IMG/VR virus record: IMGVR_UViG_3300045988_021594
Length of the DNA: 42,278 nucleotides
Reading direction: 5' to 3' (one strand)
Source: a virus
The notes below the pieces were generated by a model. That model was not told where the DNA came from. It saw only the letters and a program-made list of their open reading frames with translations, and did no database searches. The translations under genes and the position numbers were made by a program. Within the stretch, counting starts at the first letter, position 1. Each line of letters opens with the position of its first letter. Positions 29,467 to 38,369 of the stretch are shown here, piece after piece.

Positions 29467-29542
29467 GCCGCTTTCGCACAACTGGTAGTGCTCCCGGCTC
29501 ATAACCGGGCAGTTGCAGGTTCGAGCCCTGCAAGCGGCACCA
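29467..29542 (+). tRNA. tRNA with anticodon CAT (elongator Met, or Ile2 if modified with lysidine)
   Basis: Full cloverleaf folded by hand: acceptor GCCGCTT/AAGCGGC, D-arm GCAC-AACTGGTA-GTGC, anticodon arm CCCGG-CTCATAA-CCGGG, variable loop CAGTT, T-arm GCAGG-TTCGAGC-CCTGC, then A-CCA. Length is 76 nt. Confidence 0.9.
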
Positions 29543-29618
29543 CACCGGCAGCACGTCCGGCAAATTAAACCTTATTGCCAAGCATGGCAGCCCGAGCAAG
29601 GGCAGAAAGGACTATCAC

Positions 29619-30206
29619 ATGGCACTCGAACGCAAGACTCTCCGAGCGATTCTGGAAGATGAAACGACTGACACCAGCGGCAAGCTCAAGAAAATTCTGG
29701 ACGTGCTGCATGAGGAAACGGACACCTTGCAGAACCAGCTCGATGAGAAGAACGCAGCCCTCGCCAAAGCCGAAAAGGACCGGGACGCAGCCAACGGCGG
29801 CAAGGAAGCCGCTGAAAAAGCGCTGACCGACTACAAGGCCCAGCAGACCAAGAAGGACACCCACGCAGCCAAGGAAGCCAAGTTCCGGAAGCTGCTGAAG
29901 TCAGCCGGGGTGCTGGACAAGTATGCTGATCGGGTCGTGCGGCTGTCTGGCGAGGATATCGACAAGTTGGAGCTGGACGAAAATGGTAACGTCAAGGACG
30001 CCAAGAAGCACACCGACAGCCTGAAAGCTGATTGGAGCGACTTTGTGGCTACAACCACGACCACCGGCGCAAAGGTGGACACCCCGCCCACCAACACCGG
30101 CTCCAAAATGACCAAAGACCAAATTTTTGCAATCAAGGACGCTGGCGAGCGCCAGGCGGCCATTGCAGCAAATGCCGACCTGTTTACAGGCGGCGGAAAG
30201 GACTAA
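29619..30206 (+). CDS. Capsid scaffolding protein
   Basis: Charged coiled-coil composition, directly upstream of the major capsid gene. Confidence 0.7.
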   Translation: MALERKTLRAILEDETTDTSGKLKKILDVLHEETDTLQNQLDEKNAALAKAEKDRDAANGGKEAAEKALTDYKAQQTKKDTHAAKEAKFRKLLKSAGVLDKYADRVVRLSGEDIDKLELDENGNVKDAKKHTDSLKADWSDFVATTTTTGAKVDTPPTNTGSKMTKDQIFAIKDAGERQAAIAANADLFTGGGKD

Positions 30207-30209
30207 CAC

Positions 30210-31109
30210 ATGGCAGCAAAGACCAATCTGATCACCACTACCGAGATCACCGTCAACCCCCGGGAAATCGACTTCGTGACACGATTCCAGCGCAACTGGG
30301 AGCATCTGCGGGAGATCATGGGCATCATGCGTCCCATCCGGATGCAGCCCGGCACCGTGCTGAAGAGCAAGTACGCCCAGGGCACCCTGCAGAGCGGCAC
30401 CGTGGCAGAGGGCGAGGAGATCCCCTACAGCCAGTACACCGTCAAAGAGAAAGACTACGGCAAGATCACCATCGAAAAGTACGCCAAGGCTGTCTCCCTG
30501 GAGGCAATCCAGAACTATGGCTATGATGTGGCCGTGCAGAAGACCGATGACGAGTTCCTGTTCGACCTGACCGCAAAGGTCACGGACAAGTTCTACAAGT
30601 ACCTGAACACCGGCAGCCTGAAAGGCACCCCCAAGACCTTCCAGATGGCTCTGGCCATGGCAAAAGGCAGTGTGGAGAACAGGTTTAAGAATATGCACCG
30701 CACAGTCACCGGCGTTGTGGGTTTTGCCAACGTCCTGGATGTGGCGGAGTACCTGGGCACCGCCCCGATCACCATCCAGAACCAGTACGGCTTCCAGTAC
30801 ATCAAGGATTTCATGGGCTACAACACCATCTTCCTGCTGTCTGACGGCGAGATCGCAAAGGGCAAGGTCATTGCCACCCCCGTGGACAACATCGTGATGT
30901 ACTACGTTGACCCCTCCGACAGCGACTACGCCAAGGCTGGGCTGGTGTACACCACCGCAGGCGAGGCCAACAACCTGATCGGCTTCCACACCCAGGGCAA
31001 CTACACCACCGCAGTCTCTGAGAGCTTCGCCATCACCGGCGTGACCCTGTTTGCTGAGTACCTGGACGGCATCTCTGTCCAGACCATTACCCCGGGTGAA
31101 TCGGTCTGA
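30210..31109 (+). CDS. Major capsid protein
   Basis: Position after the scaffold gene, size of 299 aa and composition all fit. Confidence 0.8.
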   Translation: MAAKTNLITTTEITVNPREIDFVTRFQRNWEHLREIMGIMRPIRMQPGTVLKSKYAQGTLQSGTVAEGEEIPYSQYTVKEKDYGKITIEKYAKAVSLEAIQNYGYDVAVQKTDDEFLFDLTAKVTDKFYKYLNTGSLKGTPKTFQMALAMAKGSVENRFKNMHRTVTGVVGFANVLDVAEYLGTAPITIQNQYGFQYIKDFMGYNTIFLLSDGEIAKGKVIATPVDNIVMYYVDPSDSDYAKAGLVYTTAGEANNLIGFHTQGNYTTAVSESFAITGVTLFAEYLDGISVQTITPGESV

Positions 31110-31130
31110 CCTGCAAGGGGGTGACTTTGC

Positions 31131-31541
31131 ATGACCGTCCCTGAGCTGTGCGTTTACACGCACAATTTCTTTGACCGGGCGGACGACCCCGTTTCCGGGA
31201 AGTTTGCTTTTGAGCCGGATACCGTGCCCGCCGGGGTAGTGCCGGGGCAGTATTTCCTCGTGTGCGGATCCATCTTCAATGACGGCGTGCACAAGGCCGG
31301 GGACGGCGATCTGACCGCCGAGACCTTCACCGGGACGGTGCAGCCCATGCGCGTGCCGCCTGATTTTGTGGCGCTGGCTGAAAAAATCGACGCATACGAC
31401 AAGGCGCTCCCGGCCGGTGGCGTGTATGTGTCCCAGTCCTTTGCCGGATGGTCAGGCACCATGGCTACCGGCGCGGACGGACTGCCCGCTGACGGCAAGA
31501 CCCGCTATAAATCCGAGATCAATCAGTGGAGGAAGATGTGA
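31131..31541 (+). CDS. Head-tail connector/adaptor candidate
   Basis: Called from position in the module and a GGGGG SD. Confidence 0.5.
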   Translation: MTVPELCVYTHNFFDRADDPVSGKFAFEPDTVPAGVVPGQYFLVCGSIFNDGVHKAGDGDLTAETFTGTVQPMRVPPDFVALAEKIDAYDKALPAGGVYVSQSFAGWSGTMATGADGLPADGKTRYKSEINQWRKM

Positions 31542-31542
31542 C

Positions 31543-31911
31543 ATGGTCAACGCGTTCACTGCATCCACCGTGATGCAGAGCTTTACCCAAAAATACCGCT
31601 TTCAGACCCACAGCTATGAGCCGGACGGCGTGGGCGGCTTTGTGTCCGGCTGGCAGGACGGTCCCGAGTTTGAGGCCGTGGAGCGCCACGACACCACCGT
31701 GGAAGCTCAGGTGGCGGAGCAGGCTGACACCGCATCTACCTATACCCTGCTGGTCAACACCGGCGTGCCGCTGGCTTTTCCGGACTACATCAAGCGGGTA
31801 AGCGATGGGCAGACTTTCCAGATCACAAGCACAGCGGACGAAGCCAAAGCCCCGCCGGAATCCGGCATGGGGCTGCGGGCCGTCAAGTGCAAAAAGGCGG
31901 TGCTGCCGTAA
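31543..31911 (+). CDS. Head closure (head-tail joining) protein candidate
   Basis: Start is M60 of track ORF 31366-31911. Size and position fit SPP1 gp16-type proteins. Confidence 0.55.
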   Translation: MVNAFTASTVMQSFTQKYRFQTHSYEPDGVGGFVSGWQDGPEFEAVERHDTTVEAQVAEQADTASTYTLLVNTGVPLAFPDYIKRVSDGQTFQITSTADEAKAPPESGMGLRAVKCKKAVLP

Positions 31912-32288
31912 TGGGGGCCGCCGAGAGCATCAACCGGGCGCTGAACACTTTTTTCAACGGGTTCGGCATCCCGGGCTATCTGGAAGACAACATCCCACCC
32001 GCCGTTTCCCTGCCCTACCTGACCTACAAGCCCGCCGTCCCCGGCAGCTGGAACGAGGAAGCGTCGTTTCATGGCCGCTTGTGGTATCCAAGCAGCGCGG
32101 GGCGTTTGCCCATCTTACAGACCGAAGACAAAATCAGCGCAGCCCTTGCAGGCGGTTTGACCGTGCCGTGCGAGGGCGGCGCTATTCTTTTGCGCAAAGG
32201 CACCCCGTGGGCCCAGCCGATGGACAACCCGCCCGAGGGCTATTTGTGCGAGTACCTGAATTTTGAGATCACGCAGCTATGCGAGTAA
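31911..32288 (+). CDS. Tail completion/terminator protein candidate
   Basis: TAATG overlap with the upstream gene (M9 of track ORF 31887-32288). It lies immediately before the major tail gene. Confidence 0.5.
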   Translation: MGAAESINRALNTFFNGFGIPGYLEDNIPPAVSLPYLTYKPAVPGSWNEEASFHGRLWYPSSAGRLPILQTEDKISAALAGGLTVPCEGGAILLRKGTPWAQPMDNPPEGYLCEYLNFEITQLCE

Positions 32289-32296
32289 GGAGAATT

Positions 32297-32872
32297 ATGG
32301 GAAGAAAATTTACCAAAATTTCCGCAGAAGCATTCAAGTCCATGCAGATCAACGCGGGCCTTGTGCTGAACAAGTTCGACACTGAGGGCCAGACCGCCGT
32401 CGCTGATGCCGACATCATCTGCGCAACCACTGGCGGCATCACCGCCACCTGCACCCCCAACATCACCGACCTGGGCGAAGATGTGGACAACTGCCAGAAG
32501 AACACCGTGGAGCTCATGGAAATTGAGGACTACGACTGCACGCTGGCCTTCACCGCGCTGAATACCTCCGCCGAGGTCATCCGCATGGCGCTGGGCGCAG
32601 CGGACGTGGCCGGGGGCAAGGTAACGCCCCGCATGACGTTCAAAACTGACAAGACCACGGGCGACTTCAAAACCATTTGGTTTGTGGGCGACCTCATCGG
32701 CGGCGGTTATGTGGCTGTTCGGCTGGACAACGCAATCAGCACGGGCGGCCTGTCCCTCAAGACAACTGACAAGGGCAAGGGCAATGTGTCCGTCACCCTG
32801 ACGGGCTGTGTCCGAATGGGAGACGAGACCGTCCCCATGGAGTTCTTTGTGAGTGAAGACGCGGCAGCATAA
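32297..32872 (+). CDS. Major tail protein
   Basis: AAGGAGA SD precedes M7 of track ORF 32279-32872. It lies before the chaperone pair and the tape measure gene. Confidence 0.75.
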   Translation: MGRKFTKISAEAFKSMQINAGLVLNKFDTEGQTAVADADIICATTGGITATCTPNITDLGEDVDNCQKNTVELMEIEDYDCTLAFTALNTSAEVIRMALGAADVAGGKVTPRMTFKTDKTTGDFKTIWFVGDLIGGGYVAVRLDNAISTGGLSLKTTDKGKGNVSVTLTGCVRMGDETVPMEFFVSEDAAA

Positions 32873-32883
32873 GGAGTGGAACA

Positions 32884-33288
32884 ATGAAAACTCTCAACCA
32901 GATGGACGAAACAGAATTTCTGCGCCACTGTTACATGATCGCGGACAAGGTGGCCGCCCTGCTGACCGAGACGCAGGTGATGGAGCTGCGAAAAGTCGGC
33001 CCCATCCTTACGGGCAGTGAAACCCCAGATGAGCTCAAGGCCAAAAAAGAAGCCCAGGGCCGCAAGAACATCAAGGCAATGGCAAAAAAGCTGCTGTTCG
33101 ACAACGCTCAGAACACTGCGGAACTGCTTCCTTTGCTGTACGAGCTGGAAACGGACAAGGATGGCAAGCCCGAAAAGATGACCCCGTTCAAGACCCTGCG
33201 CGTCATCACCGAGACCATCAACGACCGGGACGTGCTGGATTTTTTATCCTCGTTGGTGAGGTTGGCTCAGACCGATATCGGCGGATGA
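32884..33288 (+). CDS. Tail assembly chaperone (G-type product)
   Basis: Position between the major tail and tape measure genes; contains the slippery site. Confidence 0.8.
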   Translation: MKTLNQMDETEFLRHCYMIADKVAALLTETQVMELRKVGPILTGSETPDELKAKKEAQGRKNIKAMAKKLLFDNAQNTAELLPLLYELETDKDGKPEKMTPFKTLRVITETINDRDVLDFLSSLVRLAQTDIGG

Positions 33289-33548
33289 TCTCATCCATCC
33301 GGCTGGATATGCTGAAAGCCATTGGAAAACCCTACATCGTCCAGCATTGCGTCAATGCGATGCAGCAGGAAGCTTTCGAGAAGAGCTACCGCGCCTACAT
33401 CACGGACGCCCTGGCTGGCCTTGCGGGGATGGAAAAACGGTGGGTGGATACACTGCCCGATTTCGACGCCGCGCCTCAGCCCCAGCAGAGCGCGGAGGAA
33501 ATTAAGGCCCGCATTCTGGCCGGATTGAACGGAGGTGACACACCCTGA
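32884..33548 (+). CDS. Tail assembly chaperone frameshift fusion (G-T-type product, about 221 aa)
   Basis: ORF 33285-33548 is in the -1 frame relative to 32884-33288, and no stop lies between the slip site and 33285. Confidence 0.7.
33240..33246 (+). promoter_or_regulatory. -1 programmed ribosomal frameshift heptamer T TTT TTA
   Basis: It is in phase (gaT TTT TTA are codons 119-121). The -1 frame is open from here into ORF 33285-33548. Confidence 0.75.
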
Positions 33549-33562
33549 AACTTTTTGAATTG

Positions 33563-36109
33563 ATGGCCACTCTTGGGCTGGACACGTCCGCGTATGAGCA
33601 TGGCATCAACAACGTCCAGAGCGAGACCAAAAAGACCGTGACGGCGCTTTCCAGCGAGTACAGCAAGGCCGCAAAAAGCGTGCTGGAACTGACAAAGCAG
33701 TATAACGAATCTGCGGCCAAGACGGGCAAGACCTCGGCTGAGACCAAAGAACTGAAAAATCAGCTTGCAGCAGCCGAGGCGCAGCTCAAAACGACTGCCT
33801 CCGCCCTGAAATCCGCAAACAACGGCATGGACTCCTTTGGCAAGTCGGCCGGCAGTACGGGAAGCGGGCTGACGGCGGCGCTGACAAAATCGCAGCTTCT
33901 GGCTTCTGCCATCTCCACGCTTTCCACCGCGGCTCTCAGCGGCGCAAAACAGTTTGTGTCCATGGGCATCGAGTACAACGCCCAGATCGAGAGCTACCGC
34001 GTGGGCCTGACCAATATGCTGGGCGATGCACAGGCGGCCAATGAGGCCATGGCGGCCATTCAGGAGGACGCAGCCCGCACCCCGTTCAGCGTGGATTCGC
34101 TGACACAGGCAAACCAGCTGCTGATCAGCGCGGGCGAAAACGCGGGCTACTCCCGCAAGGTCATCATGGCGCTGGGCGATGCTGTTTCCGCCACAGGCGG
34201 AGGCAATGTGGAGCTGTCCCGCATGGCAGCTAATCTGCAGCAGATCGCCAATGTGGGCAAGGCGTCCGCTATCGACATCAAGCAGTTTGCCTATGCCGGC
34301 ATCAACGTTTATCAGGTGCTGGCTGACTACACCGGGAAAACGGTGCAGGAAGTCCAGAACATGACCATCAGCTATGATGTGCTGTCCCAGGCTCTCATCG
34401 CCGCCAGCGAAGAGGGCGGGCGCTACTACAACGCCATGGACACCCAGAGCCAGACCATGAACGGCCGCGTGTCTACCCTGAAAGACAACGTAAGCCAGCT
34501 GGCCGGGCTTCTCACGGGGCCCCTGAGCGAGGGCGTTGGCATTGTTATCTCAAATCTCAACGATTTGGTAGTGGCTGCGCAGGAGGGCTACAAGCAGGAT
34601 GGATGGATTGGTCTTGCAGGTGCGATCACCGGGCTGAGTGAGCCCATCGAGTCCGCCAAAAGCCACATGCGCGACTTTGCGGCAAATACCCTCAACTGGC
34701 TGGACCAGATGAGCTATAGGCTCAACAATTTTCTCGGCAAAGCATCTGTGGCAGGGTATGGCAGCGCAGAAGAGTATGCGGCGGCAAGGCAAAGCGAGCG
34801 CAACCGCGATGCACGCCGACAGGCTGCCCTTGCGGGAAAAGGCATCAGTAACAAGAGCTGGACGGAACGGCAGGCGGAAGCAGCAGCCGCAGCTGCATCA
34901 GCCACGACCAGCAGTTTGACCAGCGCTTCCGGCGGGACGGGCAAGAGCGGCAGCACAAAATCAGCCGGGTCCACCGCAAAAAAGACTGCCCAGGTCATCA
35001 ACCAGCTGACCGAGACTTCCCAGAAAGTGGTGGGCGACGTAACCACCGACATGAAAAAGGTCACGGCCATCTATGACGACGGCACCAGCCACATCACCGA
35101 GACTGTGACCACCAGCCAGACCAGCATCGTGGACGGCGTCAAGCAGACCACAAAGACCATCGAGACCTATGTGAACGGCATAAAGACCAAGGTGGACAAG
35201 ACCGTGGATAACGCCGTGCGCTCTGTCTCCAAGATGCAGGAGGAGATTGACCAAAACCTCAGCACTGCGCAAAAGCAGTGGTCAAACGGCATCTTCGGGC
35301 GGCTGCAGAACGGCCTGTCTGACCTCAAGAACCGCAACTGGGCCGGGCTGGCTACCGATGTAGCAAAGCTCATCTGGGGCGAGGTATCGCAGGAGCAGCG
35401 GGAGATCATCTCCAAGTGGGCGGTGGATTCGCTGACGGCCATCAACGAGAGCTACAGCGGCGGCGGGGTTAAGGCGGCGTATGAGAGCATCAAGGCCCTC
35501 TTTACAAGCGGCATTGCAGCAGATGCTACAGAAGCAAAGACCGCGGTGCAGAGCTTTGGCGAGATTCTGGACGGCCTGGGCGCTTCTGGTGGCGTGGGCG
35601 AAAAGCTGGCTGGCATCGCCACGAGCTTTTCCAGCATGTCCGGCAGCGTGATCTCTAGTCTGGGCGGCATTGTGTCCTTTATCACTGCCAACCCGATTCT
35701 TGCGGCGATTCTAGGTCTTACCGCTTTGGCGAGCGGCATTGGACTGGCTGTGCTCTCCAAAAAGAGCAAGGGCAGCGACAGCGTGACGGGCGGCAGCTAT
35801 GACAGCCCGTTCTCAAAAACGCCCATCTATGACAGTCTGGCGGAGTTTTCTGCCCGTGCGGACTCCCTGAGCCGCTACAGCACTGCCACCGTGTCGCCGT
35901 TCAGCGGCCGGCAGGACAGCACCGGAAAGCAGCAGCTCAGTGTGCTTCAGCGCATTTCCAATTCTCTGGACGAGCACCTCCCTGCCATCGGCACCGGGCA
36001 AGTCGTCTTTGATACCGGGGCCGTGGCGGGTGCTTTGCGTCCGGCTCTGGTGGACGGCATTGATACTGACCTGGGCACACGGGCCAAGCGGAAAGCGAGG
36101 GGCGGCTAA
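33563..36109 (+). CDS. Tape measure protein
   Basis: At 848 aa it is the largest gene. It is Ala/Ser/Gly-rich and helical with a C-terminal hydrophobic segment, and it follows the chaperones. Confidence 0.9.
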   Translation: MATLGLDTSAYEHGINNVQSETKKTVTALSSEYSKAAKSVLELTKQYNESAAKTGKTSAETKELKNQLAAAEAQLKTTASALKSANNGMDSFGKSAGSTGSGLTAALTKSQLLASAISTLSTAALSGAKQFVSMGIEYNAQIESYRVGLTNMLGDAQAANEAMAAIQEDAARTPFSVDSLTQANQLLISAGENAGYSRKVIMALGDAVSATGGGNVELSRMAANLQQIANVGKASAIDIKQFAYAGINVYQVLADYTGKTVQEVQNMTISYDVLSQALIAASEEGGRYYNAMDTQSQTMNGRVSTLKDNVSQLAGLLTGPLSEGVGIVISNLNDLVVAAQEGYKQDGWIGLAGAITGLSEPIESAKSHMRDFAANTLNWLDQMSYRLNNFLGKASVAGYGSAEEYAAARQSERNRDARRQAALAGKGISNKSWTERQAEAAAAAASATTSSLTSASGGTGKSGSTKSAGSTAKKTAQVINQLTETSQKVVGDVTTDMKKVTAIYDDGTSHITETVTTSQTSIVDGVKQTTKTIETYVNGIKTKVDKTVDNAVRSVSKMQEEIDQNLSTAQKQWSNGIFGRLQNGLSDLKNRNWAGLATDVAKLIWGEVSQEQREIISKWAVDSLTAINESYSGGGVKAAYESIKALFTSGIAADATEAKTAVQSFGEILDGLGASGGVGEKLAGIATSFSSMSGSVISSLGGIVSFITANPILAAILGLTALASGIGLAVLSKKSKGSDSVTGGSYDSPFSKTPIYDSLAEFSARADSLSRYSTATVSPFSGRQDSTGKQQLSVLQRISNSLDEHLPAIGTGQVVFDTGAVAGALRPALVDGIDTDLGTRAKRKARGG

Positions 36110-36613
36110 ATGGCAGCACTACAAGGCGTACAGCTGGGCGACTACCACACCCTCAAAGACTGGGGGCTTTATCTCGTAGTGGGCGGACCCACCGTGGGTG
36201 AAGCCGAGGTGGACGAGCACCTGGTAAAAGTCCCGGGCGGTGACAGACTGCTCAATCTGACCAAAGCACTGGATGGCAAAGTGCACTACACCCAGCGAAA
36301 AATCACCATCACCCTCAAGTGCGTAAAACCGAAAAAATACTGGCCCAATGTGCAGCGCACCCTCGAAAATGCGCTGCAAGGCCAGTGGCTGCGGTGCATC
36401 TTTGATGATGACCCGTCTTGGTACTGGGAGGGCCTTTGGAAAGTGGCCCCGCAGAGCCGTGACCGATGGGAAAACGTTTTTGTTATCACCGGCACCTGCA
36501 ACCCGCACAAAATCAGCCTGACCGCAGAAGCGGGGGCAGACTGGCTGTGGGATCCTTTCAATTTTGAGACAGATACCATCTATACCACCCCAACGAAAGT
36601 GAAGAGCTTATGA
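36110..36613 (+). CDS. Distal tail protein (Dit)
   Basis: Immediately after the tape measure gene, with typical size. Confidence 0.7.
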   Translation: MAALQGVQLGDYHTLKDWGLYLVVGGPTVGEAEVDEHLVKVPGGDRLLNLTKALDGKVHYTQRKITITLKCVKPKKYWPNVQRTLENALQGQWLRCIFDDDPSWYWEGLWKVAPQSRDRWENVFVITGTCNPHKISLTAEAGADWLWDPFNFETDTIYTTPTKVKSL

Positions 36614-38358
36614 GCTATAAAGCCTATGCCGGGACTCAGACGGCAATTGATACATGGAGCGAAAAGGTCTGTATCTATGACCCGGGTTCCGAGGATGACA
36701 CAAAAATCCTGCTGGATCCGGTGCTCACGCGGGAAGATAGCAAAGCGGGCAGCTTTGAGGCTACCGTGCCGCTTGGCAATATCGCCCACTCTGCTTTGCA
36801 GAAGCTGAAAGCCATCGTGGAAGTAGAGCAGGACGGCGAAACGCTCTGGCAGGGGCGCGTCATGAGCCACGACATGGACTTTTATCTCAATCAAAAAATC
36901 TACTGTGAGGGCGAGCTGGCGTACCTCAACGACAGCTCTATGGTGCCGTACAAGTACGAGTGGATCACTATCTCTGAGTTTCTTGGCAAAGTGCTGGACA
37001 ACCACAACAACCAGACAGAGGGCTACAAAGCTTTTTACAGGGGCAAGGTGGACGCGGGCGGTTATCAGCAGGTGCTTTATGCTACAGGCTGCACCGTCCA
37101 GAGCCACAGAGACGAGGACGATGACGGCAATGTAGACCGCTGGTATACCTACCACGATCAGAGCGGAAGAATACTGGCTTCGATCGATGCTAACCAGTCC
37201 AGCTTGGTTGATGACCCGTCCAGCTGGAAAGTGGGCTCCACCCACTACGTCGGCGGCAAGGATTATGTATGGGGCCAAGCTCAGGATGCCGCAACGGCCA
37301 TTACAAAAACGTCCGACACTCTGTATACCGTCAGCGCGGGCGTCGTGTACAGTGATAGCTCAAAAAAGACCTATGTGGCCAATATCAAAGTGGTCACGTC
37401 CGGCAGCACAAAGCGGACCTTGTTTGAGCAAACCGACACGGAAAGCGACACCTATACCGTAAATGTTGCGGATGATGGTAGCGTGACCGTGACCATCAAA
37501 GACAAAAACGCTGTAACCGGGGCAACGACCACCACCACCGGCGTGGGCTATGTGCTGAAAAAAGAGTACAACCTGTATACCTTTGGCGACGGCAAAAACT
37601 TTGGCGTTACCTTGGATATTTTGCAGTCTGAACTCACGGACACCTACGGCGGGCACTTTATCGTGCGGAGAGAGAAGCACCCATACTGGATAAATGGAGA
37701 AACTCATTACATCACCCTGCGGCATCTGGATTATGTGTCCAATGTCACCGAAAAAACCGGGCAAAAAATCGAGTTTGGCGAGAATCTTCTGGATCTGGAC
37801 AGCTATGTCAAGGCAGAAAACATCGTCACCCGCGTCATCGCGGTGGGCTACCGGACAAGCGGATTCTGGGTGTGGAAGAGAACCAAGACCATCACGGCCA
37901 CGGCCAACGACTACGCCGCCCAGAAGTACTATGGCATCATCACACGGGTCATCGTGATCGAGGGCACATCCTCTACCACTGAGACCCTTTTGAAAGCGGC
38001 TCAGAAAGAGCTTGCAAAAAATCTGCGGTATCTGGATGGCATGACCATCTCTGCCGTAGATCTGAAAGACGCGGGAGTGGATACCGAGCGCCTGCAGTTT
38101 ATGAAGAACGCAGACATCATCTCCGAGCCCCACGGCGTGCATACGTCTCTGACCTGCACCAAGCTTGTGGAGCCGCTGGATAAGCCGGACGAGAAGAAAT
38201 TTACCTTTGGGATTGACTTCTCTTCCATCTCTGACCTGCAGGCCCTCAGCGCCCGCAAAGCCACCAACGCTTTTGATATGGCGCACTCCGCCGTCATGAG
38301 CTTTAACGACTCTACCCCCGCCAGCCTGAGCTTGGACGAAGAGGAAGATTTGAAGTAA
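36610..38358 (+). CDS. Tail-associated protein (Tal; prophage tail endopeptidase-family N-terminus)
   Basis: Position after Dit. The N-terminal pattern DPVLTREDSKAGSFEATVP...LWQGRV fits the family. Confidence 0.7.
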   Translation: MSYKAYAGTQTAIDTWSEKVCIYDPGSEDDTKILLDPVLTREDSKAGSFEATVPLGNIAHSALQKLKAIVEVEQDGETLWQGRVMSHDMDFYLNQKIYCEGELAYLNDSSMVPYKYEWITISEFLGKVLDNHNNQTEGYKAFYRGKVDAGGYQQVLYATGCTVQSHRDEDDDGNVDRWYTYHDQSGRILASIDANQSSLVDDPSSWKVGSTHYVGGKDYVWGQAQDAATAITKTSDTLYTVSAGVVYSDSSKKTYVANIKVVTSGSTKRTLFEQTDTESDTYTVNVADDGSVTVTIKDKNAVTGATTTTTGVGYVLKKEYNLYTFGDGKNFGVTLDILQSELTDTYGGHFIVRREKHPYWINGETHYITLRHLDYVSNVTEKTGQKIEFGENLLDLDSYVKAENIVTRVIAVGYRTSGFWVWKRTKTITATANDYAAQKYYGIITRVIVIEGTSSTTETLLKAAQKELAKNLRYLDGMTISAVDLKDAGVDTERLQFMKNADIISEPHGVHTSLTCTKLVEPLDKPDEKKFTFGIDFSSISDLQALSARKATNAFDMAHSAVMSFNDSTPASLSLDEEEDLK

Positions 38359-38369
38359 GGAGAAAAATT

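Noticed and set aside
33285-33548. Independent 87-aa gene downstream of the tail chaperone
   Set aside because: It has an ATG in an ATGA overlap. However, the in-phase UUUUUUA heptamer and the open -1 frame make the frameshift fusion the better explanation.
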